This document shows positions 28,501 through 36,538 of a stretch of DNA of 64,000 bases, piece by piece. A program made the translations under genes and the position numbers. Positions within the stretch are counted from its first letter, which is position 1, and the number at the start of each line of letters is the position of its first letter. Origin of the DNA: Peptococcaceae bacterium (GTDB lineage Bacteria > Bacillota > Peptococcia > Peptococcales > Peptococcaceae); contig JAUNGU010000002.1 in assembly GCA_030524315.1 (NCBI GenBank), forward strand, positions 2,749-66,748, read 5' to 3'. The notes beneath the pieces are model-generated. The model was given only the letters and a program-made list of their open reading frames with translations. It was not told where the DNA came from and ran no database searches.

Positions 28501-28881
28501 AAAGCCCTCCTTGGGATCGTAATAGGCCAAGAGCTCTGCGATGGCGCCCTGGTCGGTAGTGGATTTTGTCGGCACGAGAATTTCTGAGAGGGCGCGCACC
28601 AGCGCCACTAAATGCTTGCAGAGGGTCTTGCCCTCGGCGCCCTCCTTGCAGGTGCAGTGAAAATTGATGAGGTTTTCGCCGCGCATGACGAGGAAGGGCT
28701 TTTCGCCAAACACCTCCGCATCCGCCATAATCGTCGACGAATAGGGCAGGGTGCTGCCCGGCACGTGATCCACAGAATTGATCTTGAGGTGCTGGACCTT
28801 GCCCAGCTGATAATACGCCAGCCCCTGGCTGATGGTTGCCTTGTTATCGGTATATTCATAAATCAAGTCACGAATGGACAT
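25567..28881 (-). CDS. SNF2 family helicase with N-terminal SWIM zinc finger
   Basis: SWIM [17 protein letters not shown]. SNF2 motifs [11 protein letters not shown] and DEGQYIKN. Helicase C motifs ([38 protein letters not shown]). ATG at 28881 follows AAGGAGG. Confidence 0.92.
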   Translation of the reverse strand: [1104 protein letters not shown]

Positions 28882-28948
28882 GAATGGGACGCCTCCTTTT
28901 TTGAACAGTATAATATTATAGCACAATCTTCATATAATAATGCGCGCT

Positions 28949-29020
28949 GGAAAAAATTTCCCGACAAAAAATTTTCGGCTGCGGACGACGAGCGAAAAAT
29001 TTTCGCGCCTTGGAAATTTT
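28949..29020. repeat. series of A5/T4-centred palindromes in the SNF2/MBL divergent intergenic region
   Basis: GGAAAAAATTTCC at 28949-28961, CCGACAAAAAATTTTCGG at 28961-28978, GCGAAAAATTTTCGC at 28992-29006, then GGAAATTTTGC. Confidence 0.5.
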
Positions 29021-29156
29021 GCGGCGGTGGGTTAATATATGAGCAGTGGTGTTGGACAATCTTGACACTTTCTTAACCAAACGTAACCTCCACCACATCA
29101 TTTCGCTAATCACAGAGGATATAATATAAAACGTATTCAAGAGGAGGATTTCTCAA

Positions 29157-29945
29157 ATGGATTTTTTGAGCCTGGCAAGTGGCAGCAAAGGCAATTGCTA
29201 TTATCTCGCCGCAGAAAGCGGCGCGCTTCTGGTGGATTGTGGCATCAGTCTCAAGCGCTTGGAAGCCGCCGTCGCCGCGCAAGCGGGTAGCATGGATGCC
29301 ATCGGTGGAATCCTCATCACCCACGAGCACCGCGACCATATTTCCGGGCTGGGCCCGCTCCTCAGGCGCTACGCCATTCCTTGCTACGCCACAGCGGCGA
29401 CCTTGGATGCCCTCACAGAAAAGCTCATTGGCCGCGTGGACAGAAACCTCTTTCACGCCATCGACGATGGCCCGCTGAGTCTCGGCGACTTTGACATTCA
29501 CTGGAGCCGCACGAGTCACGACGCCGCCGATCCTGTGAGCTACCAGATTCGCTACGAGGATATGAAGGTGGGCATGCTCACCGATGCAGGCGTCGCGAGT
29601 GACGACAACCGCGAGGCCCTCTACGACAGCAACGTGCTCCTCGTCGAGGCCAACCACGATCTCGAGATGCTGCGTAACGGCCCCTATCCGGCGCTCCTCA
29701 AGCGCCGCATCGCAAGCGACCATGGCCATCTCTCTAACGACAGCTGTGCGCAAATGCTCACAGACGTCATCGGCCCCCACACGGAACACGTCGTGCTCGG
29801 CCACCTCAGCGAAAAAAACAATCTGCCGGCCTGCGCCTATCAGACGGTCTACGACCATCTGCAAGAGCAGCCACCGGCGGTGCGTCGCCTCAGGCTCTGG
29901 GTCGCAGGGCAAAAATTGCCACTTGCCTTGTCTCTTCACGCATAA
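29157..29945 (+). CDS. MBL-fold metallo-hydrolase (YycJ/WalJ-like)
   Basis: ITHEHRDHISG motif and later H/D ligands. GAGGAGGA RBS. Confidence 0.9.
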   Translation: MDFLSLASGSKGNCYYLAAESGALLVDCGISLKRLEAAVAAQAGSMDAIGGILITHEHRDHISGLGPLLRRYAIPCYATAATLDALTEKLIGRVDRNLFHAIDDGPLSLGDFDIHWSRTSHDAADPVSYQIRYEDMKVGMLTDAGVASDDNREALYDSNVLLVEANHDLEMLRNGPYPALLKRRIASDHGHLSNDSCAQMLTDVIGPHTEHVVLGHLSEKNNLPACAYQTVYDHLQEQPPAVRRLRLWVAGQKLPLALSLHA

Positions 29946-29975
29946 TAGACTCATCATGCAAAGGAGATGTTTATC

Positions 29976-31430
29976 ATGGAGAACAACAACCTGAACAATA
30001 ATAGCTTGAACAACAATAATAACCCGTCTCACAATAGCAATTCCGATTACGTGCGCATCGAAAGCGCCTTTTCCGCCCGTGACCAGCGTCGCCCAAGCGA
30101 AAGCGACGACACGACCCTCGCCCAGCCGGTGGGCGGCGTCTACGAGCGCGTCTACAATGAACGCACCCACGCCAGCGCTGGCGAAAGCAGCGGCGCGCAA
30201 GCAACTGGCGCGAGCCACAGCCAGCCGCAGGGACAAACCGCTGGCGGCTCGACCACCGTCAAAACCAAGCATCACAAAAATTCCGGCCTGATGAAGGCTG
30301 TTGCCGCCCTGGTCATCGGCGCCGTCATTGGCGGCGCAGCCGGTGGCGCCGTGGGCTACGGAATGGGCGACCGCGATAGCAATAGCGGCAAAATCACCGC
30401 CGTTTCCTCGAGCGGCGCGAACCAGACCCAGAAGGTTTCCTACAGCGAAAATGGCGACATGACTGTCTCGAGCATCGCCGAAAAAGCCATGCCGGCCGTC
30501 GTCAGCGTCTACAATATTGCAAACAACACGCGCCAGAGCATTTTTGGCAGTAGCTCTCAGAGCGCCGAGGGTCAGGCCCAGGGCTACGGCTCGGGCGTTA
30601 TCATTAGCGCCGACGGCATGATCGTTACCAACTACCACGTCATCGAAGGCTCTGACAGCGTCGTCGTCACCACCAGCGATGACAAGCAATACAAGGCCGA
30701 GGTTCTCGGCACCGATTCGACCCTCGACATTGCCGTGCTCAAAATCGACGCCAGCGACCTGCCATATGTGGAAATTGCCGACTCGGATCAGGTCAAGGTT
30801 GGCGATTTGGCTGTCGCCATCGGTAATCCGCTCGGCAGCGAATTTGCCAACACCGTCACCGACGGCATCATCAGCGGCGTCGACCGCAAAATCTCTAGCG
30901 AAAACGGCGACCTCGGCCTGCTCCAGACCAACGCCTCCATCAACAGCGGCAACTCGGGCGGCGCCCTCCTCAATGGCCAGGCCCAGCTCATCGGTATCAA
31001 CTCGATGAAGATTCAGTCCAACGGCATGACCTCTGTTGAAGGCATGGGCTTTGCGATTCCTTCCAACGTCGTCCTCGATTTTGTCAACAGCGTCAAGGAT
31101 GGCTCCTACACCAAGAACAGCACCAAGAAGGCTTGGATCGGCATCAGCGGCTACAGCCTCGATGAAGGCATCGCCAGCCAGGTTGGCACCGACGTCACCG
31201 AAGGCGTCCTCATTGCCAGCGTCACCGACGGTGGTCCGGCTGCCAGCGCAGGGCTGGAAATGGGCGACATCCTCACCAAGGTCGATGGCAAGGAGATCAA
31301 AAGTTTTGAGGATCTCTCTGATTACCTCAGCGAAAAATCCCCTGGGGATGAAGTCACCTTCACCGTCAACCGTGTCGGTCAGACCGGAGAGGTCAAGGTG
31401 ACCTTAGGCACACAAAGCAGCGAAAGCTAA
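29976..31430 (+). CDS. S1C (HtrA/DegP-like) serine protease with TM anchor and PDZ domain
   Basis: TNYHVIEG, DIAVLK and GNSGGAL catalytic triad segments plus a C-terminal PDZ domain. Asn-rich cytoplasmic N-terminus. ATG at 29976 lies 8 nt after AAAGGAGA. Confidence 0.92.
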   Translation: MENNNLNNNSLNNNNNPSHNSNSDYVRIESAFSARDQRRPSESDDTTLAQPVGGVYERVYNERTHASAGESSGAQATGASHSQPQGQTAGGSTTVKTKHHKNSGLMKAVAALVIGAVIGGAAGGAVGYGMGDRDSNSGKITAVSSSGANQTQKVSYSENGDMTVSSIAEKAMPAVVSVYNIANNTRQSIFGSSSQSAEGQAQGYGSGVIISADGMIVTNYHVIEGSDSVVVTTSDDKQYKAEVLGTDSTLDIAVLKIDASDLPYVEIADSDQVKVGDLAVAIGNPLGSEFANTVTDGIISGVDRKISSENGDLGLLQTNASINSGNSGGALLNGQAQLIGINSMKIQSNGMTSVEGMGFAIPSNVVLDFVNSVKDGSYTKNSTKKAWIGISGYSLDEGIASQVGTDVTEGVLIASVTDGGPAASAGLEMGDILTKVDGKEIKSFEDLSDYLSEKSPGDEVTFTVNRVGQTGEVKVTLGTQSSES

Positions 31431-31436
31431 AAAATC

Positions 31437-31477
31437 GGCAGGCGCGGACAATCTGGCATTGACCGCGCCTGCCTTTT
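31437..31477 (+). terminator. intrinsic terminator after the HtrA-like gene
   Basis: GGCAGGCGCGG...CCGCGCCTGCC stem followed by TTTT. Confidence 0.8.
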
Positions 31478-31527
31478 CATATTAAACTAAGAGTACGAAT
31501 ATTGACACAAAAGGGGTTTTATCGAAT

Positions 31528-32109
31528 ATGATTATTTTTTACCAGATTCCGGATGACAGCAAGGCCGAAAAGCTCAGAGAAATTCTCGCCGCTGACGGCA
31601 CCTCACACATGTATGTCTACAAGGAAGCGGCTGGTCACACCATTGGCGAGCTTTTCGCCGGTGACACCATCGCCAAGGCCCATCCGGACGCGAGTCTGCC
31701 AGAGGATCCCGGCGTGATTTTTAACGCCAACGACACGAGCCACGAGGAAGCCACCAAATTCCTCGAAAAGCTCGCAGAAAACCAGATCATTTTTGGCTAC
31801 CAGGTGCTGGCCGATGAGAGCATGATGGATCTGCCTCTGGGCGATGTGCTCGTGGGCCATCGCGACTATCAGCAATTTCTGGGCAAGCTCGCCTTCCTGC
31901 AGCAAATGATTGACGGCTGCGGGGCGCTCAAGCAGGAAAGCTACGACCCTGACAAATGGAGCGATCTCAAAATCGCCGTCGCTAACGCCAACGATTTCCT
32001 CGATGCGGTTGTCAACGACACCGACAGCCAGTTTGACGAGATCGATCCAAAGGACGTTGACGGCCTCATCGTCAAGCTCCAGAGCGCCATGCAGCGCCTC
32101 CTCAATTAG
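31528..32109 (+). CDS. hypothetical protein (193 aa)
   Basis: Clean ORF between two terminators. No family confidently recognised. Confidence 0.6.
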   Translation: MIIFYQIPDDSKAEKLREILAADGTSHMYVYKEAAGHTIGELFAGDTIAKAHPDASLPEDPGVIFNANDTSHEEATKFLEKLAENQIIFGYQVLADESMMDLPLGDVLVGHRDYQQFLGKLAFLQQMIDGCGALKQESYDPDKWSDLKIAVANANDFLDAVVNDTDSQFDEIDPKDVDGLIVKLQSAMQRLLN

Positions 32110-32185
32110 AACTTATCTCCCGCCGCGCGCATTTCTTTCTGGCTGGCTGAGTGCGTGCGGCAATCATTCATCTCTTTTTCATGGC

Positions 32186-32234
32186 AAATGTGGCTTGTGG
32201 TGCGGCTGGCACCGCAGGCCACATTTGTATTTTG
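32186..32234 (+). terminator. intrinsic terminator after the 31528..32109 gene
   Basis: AAATGTGGC...GCCACATTT with inner GGTGC/GCACC stem, followed by a T-rich tail. Confidence 0.65.
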
Positions 32235-32261
32235 CGACAAATTATTTTTATCGCCCGTCCG

Positions 32262-32311
32262 TTGACCCGCGCCGTTTTTTGTCCTATCATATGAAATGTG
32301 AACAACGTTCA
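32262..32311 (+). promoter_or_regulatory. promoter TTGACC-17-TATCAT followed by palindrome TGAAC-AAC-GTTCA (candidate TetR operator)
   Basis: -35 at 32262-32267, -10 at 32285-32290, palindrome at 32299-32311. Upstream of the membrane-protein/TetR operon. Confidence 0.55.
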
Positions 32312-32365
32312 TTATCGGCGGCTGGTGACTGCGACCCCAGCCGCTGTCATGGAGGAGGGGTTAGA

Positions 32366-32776
32366 ATGGTTCGCAACAGAACCCTGCTACTGTTGGCCAG
32401 CATTGTCTGGCTCATGGCGGGCTTTAATATTGTGCGCATTGGCTTTGGGGCCTATGCCGATTATTTGTCGGTCTTTGATATTGGCTGCTCGCTGGTGATT
32501 TTTGTGCTCTTTTGGCAGATGTTTAGCAAGCTCGTCAACAAGCACACCCGGCGCATCAGCAGCATGGACGACGAGAAGCAATATTTCTGGCGCTTTTTTG
32601 ATCTCAAGAGCTTTTGCATCATGGCCATCATGATGGGCGGTGGCATCACCATCCGCACCGCCCACCTGCTGCCGGATGTCTGCATCGCTGTATTTTATTC
32701 GGGGCTGGGCGTGGCGCTTTTTCTCGCCGGCGTCAAATTCGCCGTCAAGTACGTGCGCCAGGGCGCCGAGGCCTGA
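32366..32776 (+). CDS. small integral membrane protein (136 aa)
   Basis: ATG at 32366 follows GGAGGAGGGG. About four hydrophobic helices. The upstream 150 codons of track ORF 31910..32776 span a terminator and a promoter and are not coding. Confidence 0.6.
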   Translation: MVRNRTLLLLASIVWLMAGFNIVRIGFGAYADYLSVFDIGCSLVIFVLFWQMFSKLVNKHTRRISSMDDEKQYFWRFFDLKSFCIMAIMMGGGITIRTAHLLPDVCIAVFYSGLGVALFLAGVKFAVKYVRQGAEA

Positions 32777-32793
32777 GCAGAAAGGAGTGCATC

Positions 32794-33351
32794 ATGCCAA
32801 AACATATTCTCAACGAAGAGGCCATCATTAACGCCGGCAAGACCTTCATCGCCAAGGAGGGCTTTGGCGCCCTGAGCATGCGCGGCTTCTCCGAGTCCAT
32901 GGGCGTGGCGGTGGGCTCGGTGTACAATTATTTTCCATCCAAGGGCGCCCTCATGCGCGCCATCATCGCCAGCATCTGGGAAGAGATTCTCGCGCCTCTG
33001 CGCAATCTCGACACCTGCACAAGCTTTGCCGAGGCCGTCGCCTGCCTCGTGGCAGTGCTGCGCGAGGGCGAGGAAACCTATCCGGGCATTCTCGCCCTGC
33101 ACGCCGATCAGCTCCCGGGCAAGGAGCGTAGCAAAGGCCGCGCCGAAATGAACGCCCGCTTTGACGCTCTCAAGGCCCACATGCTGACGCTCCTTGCGGC
33201 CGACGCGCGCGTGCGGCCAGGCGTCTTTGGCGACGGCCTCACCCCCGAGGCCTTCATCGACGACATCCTCACCCTCGCCATCGTCCACCAAGCCCAGGAC
33301 AAGGCCAGCGACCACGCCCTGCGCAAGCTCGTCGAAAACGCCATCTACTAA
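32794..33351 (+). CDS. TetR/AcrR family transcriptional regulator
   Basis: HTH FGALSMRGFSESMGVAVGSVYNYFPSKGALM. ATG at 32794 follows AAAGGAG. Confidence 0.85.
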   Translation: MPKHILNEEAIINAGKTFIAKEGFGALSMRGFSESMGVAVGSVYNYFPSKGALMRAIIASIWEEILAPLRNLDTCTSFAEAVACLVAVLREGEETYPGILALHADQLPGKERSKGRAEMNARFDALKAHMLTLLAADARVRPGVFGDGLTPEAFIDDILTLAIVHQAQDKASDHALRKLVENAIY

Positions 33352-33410
33352 AAAAGCCAAGGCATCCACACTGGATTGCGCCCAGTGCAAGTGCCTTGGC
33401 TTTTATTTTG
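33351..33410. terminator. bidirectional terminator (TetR / Cys-rich protein convergent)
   Basis: AAAAGCCAAGGCA...TGCCTTGGCTTTT long stem. Confidence 0.75.
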
Positions 33411-33747
33411 TTTTTTTCCGCAGCCGCCGTTTTTCGCGCAGGGTGGAGACGACGTGGCGGATGGCGGCGGTGGGGTGGATGTAGAGCATGCGTGGGGCGG
33501 CGTAGCGCATGACGCGGCGGATGGCCTCGCGCTCGGCGGGGCGGTAGCAGTGGACGGGGCAGTTGGAGCAGAAGGTTTTTTCTTCCATGAAGGGGCAGCG
33601 GTCGCTCTGCTGGTGGGTGTAACGCTCGAGCTTTGCGCACTCATCGCAGAGGGCACCCTTGGTGTGGTGATGGGCGTGGCAGTAGAGGGCGATCATTTCC
33701 GAGACCATGGCTTTTTCGCGCGCACGCTTGCTGTTGGTATCTTTCAC
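33403..33747 (-). CDS. nitrous oxide-stimulated promoter family (Cys-rich) protein
   Basis: MIALYCHAHHH...LCDECAKL...CPFMEEKTFCSNCPVHCYRP pattern. GTG at 33747 lies 6 nt after AAAGGAGA. Confidence 0.7.
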   Translation of the reverse strand: MKDTNSKRAREKAMVSEMIALYCHAHHHTKGALCDECAKLERYTHQQSDRCPFMEEKTFCSNCPVHCYRPAEREAIRRVMRYAAPRMLYIHPTAAIRHVVSTLREKRRLRKKTK

Positions 33748-33895
33748 GGTCAGTCTCCTTTCAACAAATTTGCTTTTAGTATACGAAAGATTGGCGCTCG
33801 CCGCAAGCGGTACAAATCTTGTGCCAGCGCGCCGGAGACGATATACTAAAGGGAGAACAGATTGCGCAGGCTGCAGATTCAAGGAGGAATTTGCC

Positions 33896-34261
33896 ATGAA
33901 ACAATCGACAAAAATTCTCGTAGGACTCGCCGTGCTGGCGACGCTGGCCATTGGCTGGCTGTTTACGCCGCTCTTGGGCTTTGTCTTTGTGGTGCTCGTG
34001 GTGGGGGCGTGCGCCCTCTATTGGCACGCGGGGCCGGATCCCGAGCGTGGCGACACGCCGGTGGCGACGATCATCGACCCGATGACGGGGGTGCCGGATT
34101 TTGAGGGCTACCGCCCAATGGAAAGCGAGCTGCCTCAGACCCAGCCATCGGCAGAGGTCTTTGAGCAGACGACGACAGCGGCCACTGACGACGCAACGTT
34201 TTTGCACAATCTCGTCGCCAGTGCTGAGCACAATACCAGCGATACCAAGGAAGAGGGGTAA
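33896..34261 (+). CDS. small membrane protein (121 aa)
   Basis: ATG at 33896 follows AAGGAGG. Two hydrophobic helices followed by an acidic tail. Confidence 0.55.
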   Translation: MKQSTKILVGLAVLATLAIGWLFTPLLGFVFVVLVVGACALYWHAGPDPERGDTPVATIIDPMTGVPDFEGYRPMESELPQTQPSAEVFEQTTTAATDDATFLHNLVASAEHNTSDTKEEG

Positions 34262-34265
34262 TAAT

Positions 34266-35423
34266 ATGGAAGCATTTGAATTTAGCCTACCGACAAAAAT
34301 CATCATGGGCAAGGAACGCTACGACGAGGTCGGCCAGTGGTGTGCGCCCATCGGCAAAAAAGTCCTGCTCCACTACGGTGGCGGCTCGATTAAGAAAAGC
34401 GGCCTCTACGACCGCGTCCGCGATGCCCTCGAGGCAGCGGGCTGCGAGGTCACTGAGCTTGGCGGCGTCAAGCCCAATCCGCGCATCGAGCTCGTGCGCG
34501 CCGGGGCGGCGCTGTGCAAGGAAGCGGGCATCGAGATGATTCTCGCTGTCGGCGGCGGCAGCGTCATCGATTCGGCCAAGGGCATTGCCGCCGCAGCGCT
34601 GGCAGATTGCGACGCCTGGGATCTCTACACGGGCGCCGCTGTGGCGGATGCGGCGCTACCTGTCGGCGTGGTGCTGACGATTCCTGCCGCTGGCAGCGAA
34701 TGCAGCGCCGTCAGCGTCGTCACCAAGCAGGACACCCACGACAAGCGCAGCTTCCACAGCGATCTCGTGATTCCGCGCTTTGCGATTCTCGCGCCGGACG
34801 TCTTCACCACCCTGCCACGCAACCAGATTGCCAACGCCACCGTCGACGTCATCAGCCACGTCCTCGAGCGCTTCTTTAGCGACAGCACCCACGTCACCCT
34901 CACCGATCGCCTCTGCATTTCCACCGTCGAGACGGCGATGCAGCTGGGGCTCTGGCTTTACGACCATCCTGAGGATGTCGACGTCTGGGGCGAATTTGCC
35001 CTGACGGCCAACATTGCCCACAATGGCGTCCTCGGCCAGGGACGCATCGAGGATTGGGGCACTCACGGCATCGGCCATGAGCTCAGCGCCTTCTATGATA
35101 TGGCCCACGGCGCCAGCCTCGCCATCGCCACGCCTGCCTGGATGCGCTATGTTGCCCAGGAAAAACCGGCGCGCTTTGTGCAGTTTGCCCGCGAAATCAT
35201 GCACGACTACGCCCAGGACGAGGCCCAGCTCATCGAGAGTGCCATCTCTGATCTCGAGGCCTTCTTCCATCGTCTGGGCCTGGCCACGCGCCTGAGCGAG
35301 GCAGACCTCGCAGGTGCCGACCTCGAGGCCATGGCACAGAGCGTCGTCAAATACAAGCCACGTGGCCAGTTCAAGAAGCTCAGCGCCGAGGATTGCCTGC
35401 GCATCTACGAGCTGGCGCGCTAA
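34266..35423 (+). CDS. iron-containing (group III) alcohol dehydrogenase, butanol dehydrogenase/YqhD-like
   Basis: MEAFEFSLPTKIIMGKE N-terminus, GGGSVIDSAKGIA, and His-rich metal site (HGIGHELSAFYDMAHG). Confidence 0.9.
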   Translation: MEAFEFSLPTKIIMGKERYDEVGQWCAPIGKKVLLHYGGGSIKKSGLYDRVRDALEAAGCEVTELGGVKPNPRIELVRAGAALCKEAGIEMILAVGGGSVIDSAKGIAAAALADCDAWDLYTGAAVADAALPVGVVLTIPAAGSECSAVSVVTKQDTHDKRSFHSDLVIPRFAILAPDVFTTLPRNQIANATVDVISHVLERFFSDSTHVTLTDRLCISTVETAMQLGLWLYDHPEDVDVWGEFALTANIAHNGVLGQGRIEDWGTHGIGHELSAFYDMAHGASLAIATPAWMRYVAQEKPARFVQFAREIMHDYAQDEAQLIESAISDLEAFFHRLGLATRLSEADLAGADLEAMAQSVVKYKPRGQFKKLSAEDCLRIYELAR

Positions 35424-35453
35424 ACGTCACGACAAAAGGGGGACAAGGGGGAC

Positions 35454-36383
35454 GTGACCGAACAAAAGAATTCTTATTTTCACAGCTTTTTGCTCCTGCT
35501 CACAGCGACCATCTGGGGTGTGGCCTTTGTGGCCCAGAGCGTGGGCATGGATTATATTGGCCCGGCGACCTTTGTGGCGTCGCGCAGCGTCGTCGCCGTC
35601 GTCGTGTTGACGCCGTTGGTTTGGCTCCTGCGCCGTCGCGAAACTGTCGCACAGCCGAAGGAAAAAGCCAGCCCGAGCGAAATCCTGCGCGGCGGGGCGA
35701 TTTGCGGGGCGCTGCTCTTTGGCGGCATGCTCACCCAGCAGGTCGGCATCATCTATACGAGTGTCGGCAAGGCAGGCTTCATTACCACCTTCTACGTGGT
35801 GCTCGTGCCGCTGTTGGGCGTCGTCCTCGGGCGCAAAATCGGCTTGCGCATTTGGCTCGCCGTGCTCTTGGCAATCACCGGGCTTTATTTTCTCTGCATG
35901 CGGCCCGGCGGCTTTTCCATCGGTCTGGGCGACGCCATGGTGCTCGTGAGCGCCTGCTTCTACACGGTGCAAATCACCTGCGTCGACCGTTTCGTCACGC
36001 GCATCGACGGCGTCCTCCTGAGCTACATGGAGATGATCGCTTGCGCCGTCTTGGGCCTTCTCGCCGCCTTCCTCCTGGAGACGCCGAGCTGGCCCGACAT
36101 CCTCCGCGCCGCGCTGCCGATCCTCTACGCCGGTGGCTGCTCCAGCGCCCTCGGCTACACCTTCCAGATCATCGGCCAAAAAGGCGTCTCGCCAACGGTG
36201 GCGGCGTTGATCATGAGCCTCGAAAGCTGCATCTCCGCCATCGCCGGCTGGCTCATCCTCCACGAAGTCATGAGCGCCAGGGAAATCACCGGCTGCATCC
36301 TCATGTTCGCCGCCATCCTCCTCAGCCAGCTCCCAGCCAGCACCTGGCAACATCTCCACCTGCGCAAACGCGAACACAGCTAA
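35454..36383 (+). CDS. DMT superfamily (EamA-like) transporter
   Basis: 10-TM duplicated EamA pattern with a GTG start. The antisense ORF 35427..36392 is rejected. Confidence 0.85.
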   Translation: MTEQKNSYFHSFLLLLTATIWGVAFVAQSVGMDYIGPATFVASRSVVAVVVLTPLVWLLRRRETVAQPKEKASPSEILRGGAICGALLFGGMLTQQVGIIYTSVGKAGFITTFYVVLVPLLGVVLGRKIGLRIWLAVLLAITGLYFLCMRPGGFSIGLGDAMVLVSACFYTVQITCVDRFVTRIDGVLLSYMEMIACAVLGLLAAFLLETPSWPDILRAALPILYAGGCSSALGYTFQIIGQKGVSPTVAALIMSLESCISAIAGWLILHEVMSAREITGCILMFAAILLSQLPASTWQHLHLRKREHS

Positions 36384-36385
36384 AG

Positions 36386-36424
36386 ATGACAAAAGCGAAC
36401 CCCGGCGGTTCGCTTTTTTGTCAT
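36386..36424 (+). terminator. intrinsic terminator after the DMT transporter gene
   Basis: AAAAGCGAACC...GGTTCGCTTTTTT. Confidence 0.8.
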
Positions 36425-36443
36425 AGTGGATATTTATCGACGC

Positions 36444-36507
36444 TTCGTCCCGATTTCATCGCATTTCGTCCCGCATAGCAGATAATTCTTAAATTATGGT
36501 TTATAAT
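36444..36507 (+). promoter_or_regulatory. LytTR-type 9-N12-9 direct repeat (TTCGTCCCG x2) plus -10 TATAAT, upstream of the LytTR regulator gene
   Basis: Repeats at 36444-36452 and 36465-36473 with a 12-nt spacer. 28 nt separate the second repeat from TATAAT at 36502-36507. Confidence 0.65.
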
Positions 36508-36538
36508 AGGGAATAGGATGAAAAGGAGGAGGGGAAAA

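Noticed and set aside
29106-30689. 527-aa minus-strand ORF
   Set aside because: It is antisense to the MBL hydrolase and HtrA genes and spans their intergenic gap. It has no recognisable domains.
32299-32311. GAAC...GTTC dyad considered as a LexA (Cheo) box
   Set aside because: The Gram-positive SOS box is GAAC-N4-GTTC, and this dyad has a 3-nt spacer. A TetR operator is the simpler explanation.
31910-32365. N-terminal 152 codons of track ORF 31910..32776
   Set aside because: This stretch overlaps the preceding gene's 3' end and crosses a terminator (32186-32234) and a promoter (32262-32290). It is Pro/Arg/Ser-rich. The real gene starts at ATG 32366 behind GGAGGAGGGG.
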